Shown here piece by piece: positions 61,051-64,000 of a stretch of DNA of 64,000 nucleotides (its first letter is position 1; each line of letters starts with the position of its first letter). The notes below the pieces were generated by a model. It was not told the DNA's origin, searched no databases, and saw only the letters and a list, made by a program, of their open reading frames with translations. Made by a program: the position numbers and the translations under genes. Source of the stretch: Felis catus (Eukaryota); contig NC_058374.1 of NCBI RefSeq assembly GCF_018350175.1, forward strand, positions 111,042,001 through 111,106,000, read 5' to 3'.

Positions 61051-61851
61051 TCTGCTTTTTACTTTCAGAATCTTAGCAAGGAGAGAGAGAGAGAGAGAGG
61101 CAAACCTTTCTTCTGAACTATATAGCTACACAGTATTGTGTCCACTCCGCCTCTAGTGCAGGAAGTCAAACATGAGCAAACACAGTGGCTTTTGGGAAGT
61201 GTGAAATCAGATATCCCTTCCTCAGTACTCTGCAGTTTTATGTCAAAGATGAGTACCTAAGACCCCATCAGAGCCAGCCTCCTCCCTCCCCCAGCTGAAG
61301 GGCAGGAGAACTCTTCACCCAAAAGCGTCATCAAAAAAATTATTACCCTCTGCCCTGGCTTTGAATTTGGAGTTGAAGAGTAGTCTGTCTGGTCAATTTT
61401 TAATAGATAAGTCTAAGATTTTGTTAAAAAAAGAAATAAAGCTCCTTTCTGATTTTTAAATATATGAAAACAGTACCTTCATGTGGCATGTCAGCTTTCT
61501 AAAATAATACAAATTAGATTCATTTCTGAAGAAAAAATGGCATTAGGGAGCTTCCTGGGTAAGACTGGCTACCTGGGGCAAAACATTTTCTCCAAACATC
61601 AAGTGATCATCTCCACAAAAGATGCTAAAATGAGTATTCAACCAGGCAGCTAGATTTCTCTCTATTGGTGAGAAATTGGCACCAACTATGAGCTAAAAAA
61701 AAATTCTTCTATAGTTCCGGTCCCCCAAAGGTCACTCTTGGCCACATTTTGTCTCTGAAGACAGAGAACTGAAATACTATTTGTTCTTGTGAATTATTTT
61801 TTTGTTCCTTTATTGGGATTCAATAGAGTAAAAATAACCGCTGCCCATTAT

Positions 61852-61991
61852 NNNNNNNNNNNNNNNNNNNNNNNNNNNNNNNNNNNNNNNNNNNNNNNNN
61901 NNNNNNNNNNNNNNNNNNNNNNNNNNNNNNNNNNNNNNNNNNNNNNNNNNNNNNNNNNNNNNNNNNNNNNNNNNNNNNNNNNNNNNNNNNN
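61852..61991. other. Assembly gap (140 N)
   Basis: Run of N. Confidence 1.
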
Positions 61992-62644
61992 CAAGAGATA
62001 AAGCTCTTTTGTCCTATAATACAGGCTCCTACTTAAAAGGAAAACCCAAGGTCCATTCAAAGCTAGAGCCCAGTAATAAGCTGCTATAATAGTACCTGCT
62101 GCAAACCCCTGGAGTTACATTATATCACTCTTTACAAGCCCAGAAGGTAATCCAAAATTTTATTGTGTTGTGCTTTTTCATTTAGATTTGTTAGAGTTGT
62201 GCCACCCGCAACAATAGGAACTGCTTAATGTGGTAACAATAATTTTAATTCAGTTATAAGAATCACCAATTTAACAGTACAATTTAATACAATTAAATAT
62301 GCTATCCTATATAGAAGATTCATCACCTTTTTGGATCACCTCTCTAGAATCAGATCACATTATCAAACTTCAATGTAATATTGATTAAGTTTTAGATAAG
62401 CCTGTCTTGATTCCCAGAACCAATAAACCAATAACATTTGGTAATGATTTACTAAAGGATAGCACAGCTCTTTGATGGATTAAATAGCAAGAGGTCAATG
62501 GAGACTAAAAGGACTTTGAATTAAAACATATCTTATTTCCAGTTTGCTTCTGAACTGGTTTCTTGCACATTCTTAGATTTCTTTCCTTTTGGATGTATTC
62601 GGCTCACTGGTACACTCTTTCCCTTTGATCATTCTGTCCTGTTT

Positions 62645-62865
62645 TTTATTCTTTCAACATTTATTAAACATTGTTTGACACTCTGTGCCAACCTCCAGCT
62701 GGGCATTACAGGCAAAGTAATAGAAATGTTCCAGGAGCTCTCACCCTAGAGGGGAAGACAAATAAGGAAAATGTTGTAATAGATAGTGGTAAGAGCTATG
62801 AGGTAAGAAGCTCACAGGGCTGTGTGAAACTAGAAAATAGATGCCCAGAGCTCTCCTGGGCCTAA
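62645..62865 (-). mobile_element. L2 3' end
   Basis: ttcaacatttattaaacattg...ggagctctcaccctagaggggaagaca. Confidence 0.7.
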
Positions 62866-63599
62866 TATGCCTTTAGTAAGAGATTATCACTCTAATTCAT
62901 AGAGAAGTAGGGCACCACATACATCTATCAATGATTACTGGGGTCAGTGGAAGATAGGAGGGTGGTTCTTACATGCGCTTCTTCTTCTGACTAGAAAACT
63001 TCCTTGACTATTCTGTTTGGTGTCATTTTGCCAATGATCTCAAGAAGCCCTCTCTGATGTCCTGTTTCTCAAGTCTGGATTGGGGACAGTTTCCTTACCG
63101 GCTGCAATATCACCTTGAACTTACTCCTGCAGTACTTTTAATGGGGGTAATACTGAGTATACCCAATGATTTAGCTGTCTCAAAATACCATTTTATTTTA
63201 TATTATTCACCTCTGGAATTCCTATTCTTATTGATAATAGTGGGATGGGAGGAAATTTGTCAACCGAAGATAATTCAGCCTCTTTCAGCTCAAAATAGTT
63301 TTCTTTGTGAAAATATTTTGTCAGTACAAAGCTCAAATTCTGTATCAGGGCTGTGTCTGCCTTCTCAAAAGGAGGGGTCTTCCTGGACTTGTTCTTCCCC
63401 CAGATGGCATACTAAAGGAGAAGCTCATTATATTCACAGTGTCAGGGCAGAGCTCTTGTCCACATGTTGTCCTCTGGGTCTCCATTGGCCTGAAAAAAAG
63501 TCTATCATCTACATCAACATACTGGTGTCCCTTGAAGTGTGGCTAACTCTTCAGTATTGTGCATACTTCATTGTTATCTCATGATGGAGTACTGAGTAG

Positions 63600-63810
63600 T
63601 TACAAAGTATTTATATGTACATAAGAAATGGAAAGAACCCCAATTTACCCACCACCCAATTCAGTAAGAAGAACTACGCCTTATTTTTGTCACGGTTGTC
63701 TCCCATTTGCCTTTCACCTTACCCATTCTCCCATAGGGGGGAGCATGATGTTGAATTTTGTTGTATCACTCTCTTACCTTTAGAGTTTTACCATGTACAC
63801 TGGCATCTCT
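63600..63810 (-). mobile_element. Decayed L1ME-like 3'UTR fragment
   Basis: gtacccaccacccaatt-like motif and atgatgttgaattttg resemble old L1 3'UTR in antisense. Confidence 0.5.
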
Positions 63811-63811
63811 A

Positions 63812-64000
63812 ATTATTTTTTTTAATGTTTATTTATTTTTGGGAGAGAGAGAGAAAGAAAGAAAGAAAGAGCGTGCGTGCACGTATGCGCATGCTCCCAA
63901 GTTGGGGAGGGGCAGAGAGAGAGGGAGACACCGAATCCGAAGCAGGCTCCATGCTCGGAGCTGTCAGCACAGAGCCTGACATGGGGCTTGAACTCACAAA
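63812..64000 (-). mobile_element. Can-SINE, cut by window end
   Basis: ttttaatgtttatttatttt...ggggcagagagagagggagacaccgaatccgaagcaggctcc. Confidence 0.95.

Noticed and set aside
63057-63584. Tigger/pogo transposase interpretation (VLL..., IIQPL motifs)
   Set aside because: Spacing between motifs does not fit the DDE domain as I know it, the catalytic D-N is absent in frame, and no terminal inverted repeats are seen
1-64000. CRISPR array, rRNA, snRNA, Y RNA, 7SK or 7SL copies
   Set aside because: No regularly spaced repeat-spacer pattern and no match to the remembered sequences of these RNAs

Overview
AT-rich mammalian non-coding DNA, almost certainly from a felid (cat-like) genome: it carries 17 carnivore Can-SINEs, four of them near-identical young SINEC_Fc-type copies with clean target-site duplications (TSDs). 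I recognise no protein-coding exon, intact RNA gene or CRISPR array. The supplied ORFs are SINE/L1/L2 shadows or chance ORFs. The window is a mosaic of old eutherian repeats (L2, MIR, L1M, MLT1/MER21 LTRs, MER5/MER58A, one tRNA-Ile-derived MamSINE1-like head), microsatellites and a 140-N assembly gap. The repeat-poor tracts at about 41.98-43.0, 49.3-52.6 and 59-60.8 kb look like regulatory DNA. The best leads are: a candidate 12-nt frame-preserving microexon (42479-42490), an old ~375-bp local duplication (4113-4485 / 6070-6445), two SINEs stacked at one target with three TSD copies (21546-22026), a CTCF + paired NBRE cluster (51923-52080), three abutting dyad symmetries (54300-54351) and a CpG/E-box-rich element (60230-60520). 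Repeat subfamily names are from memory of consensus sequences, and boundaries of old repeats are approximate (about 20-50 bp). I did not find a clearly new biological system; the findings are testable hypotheses.
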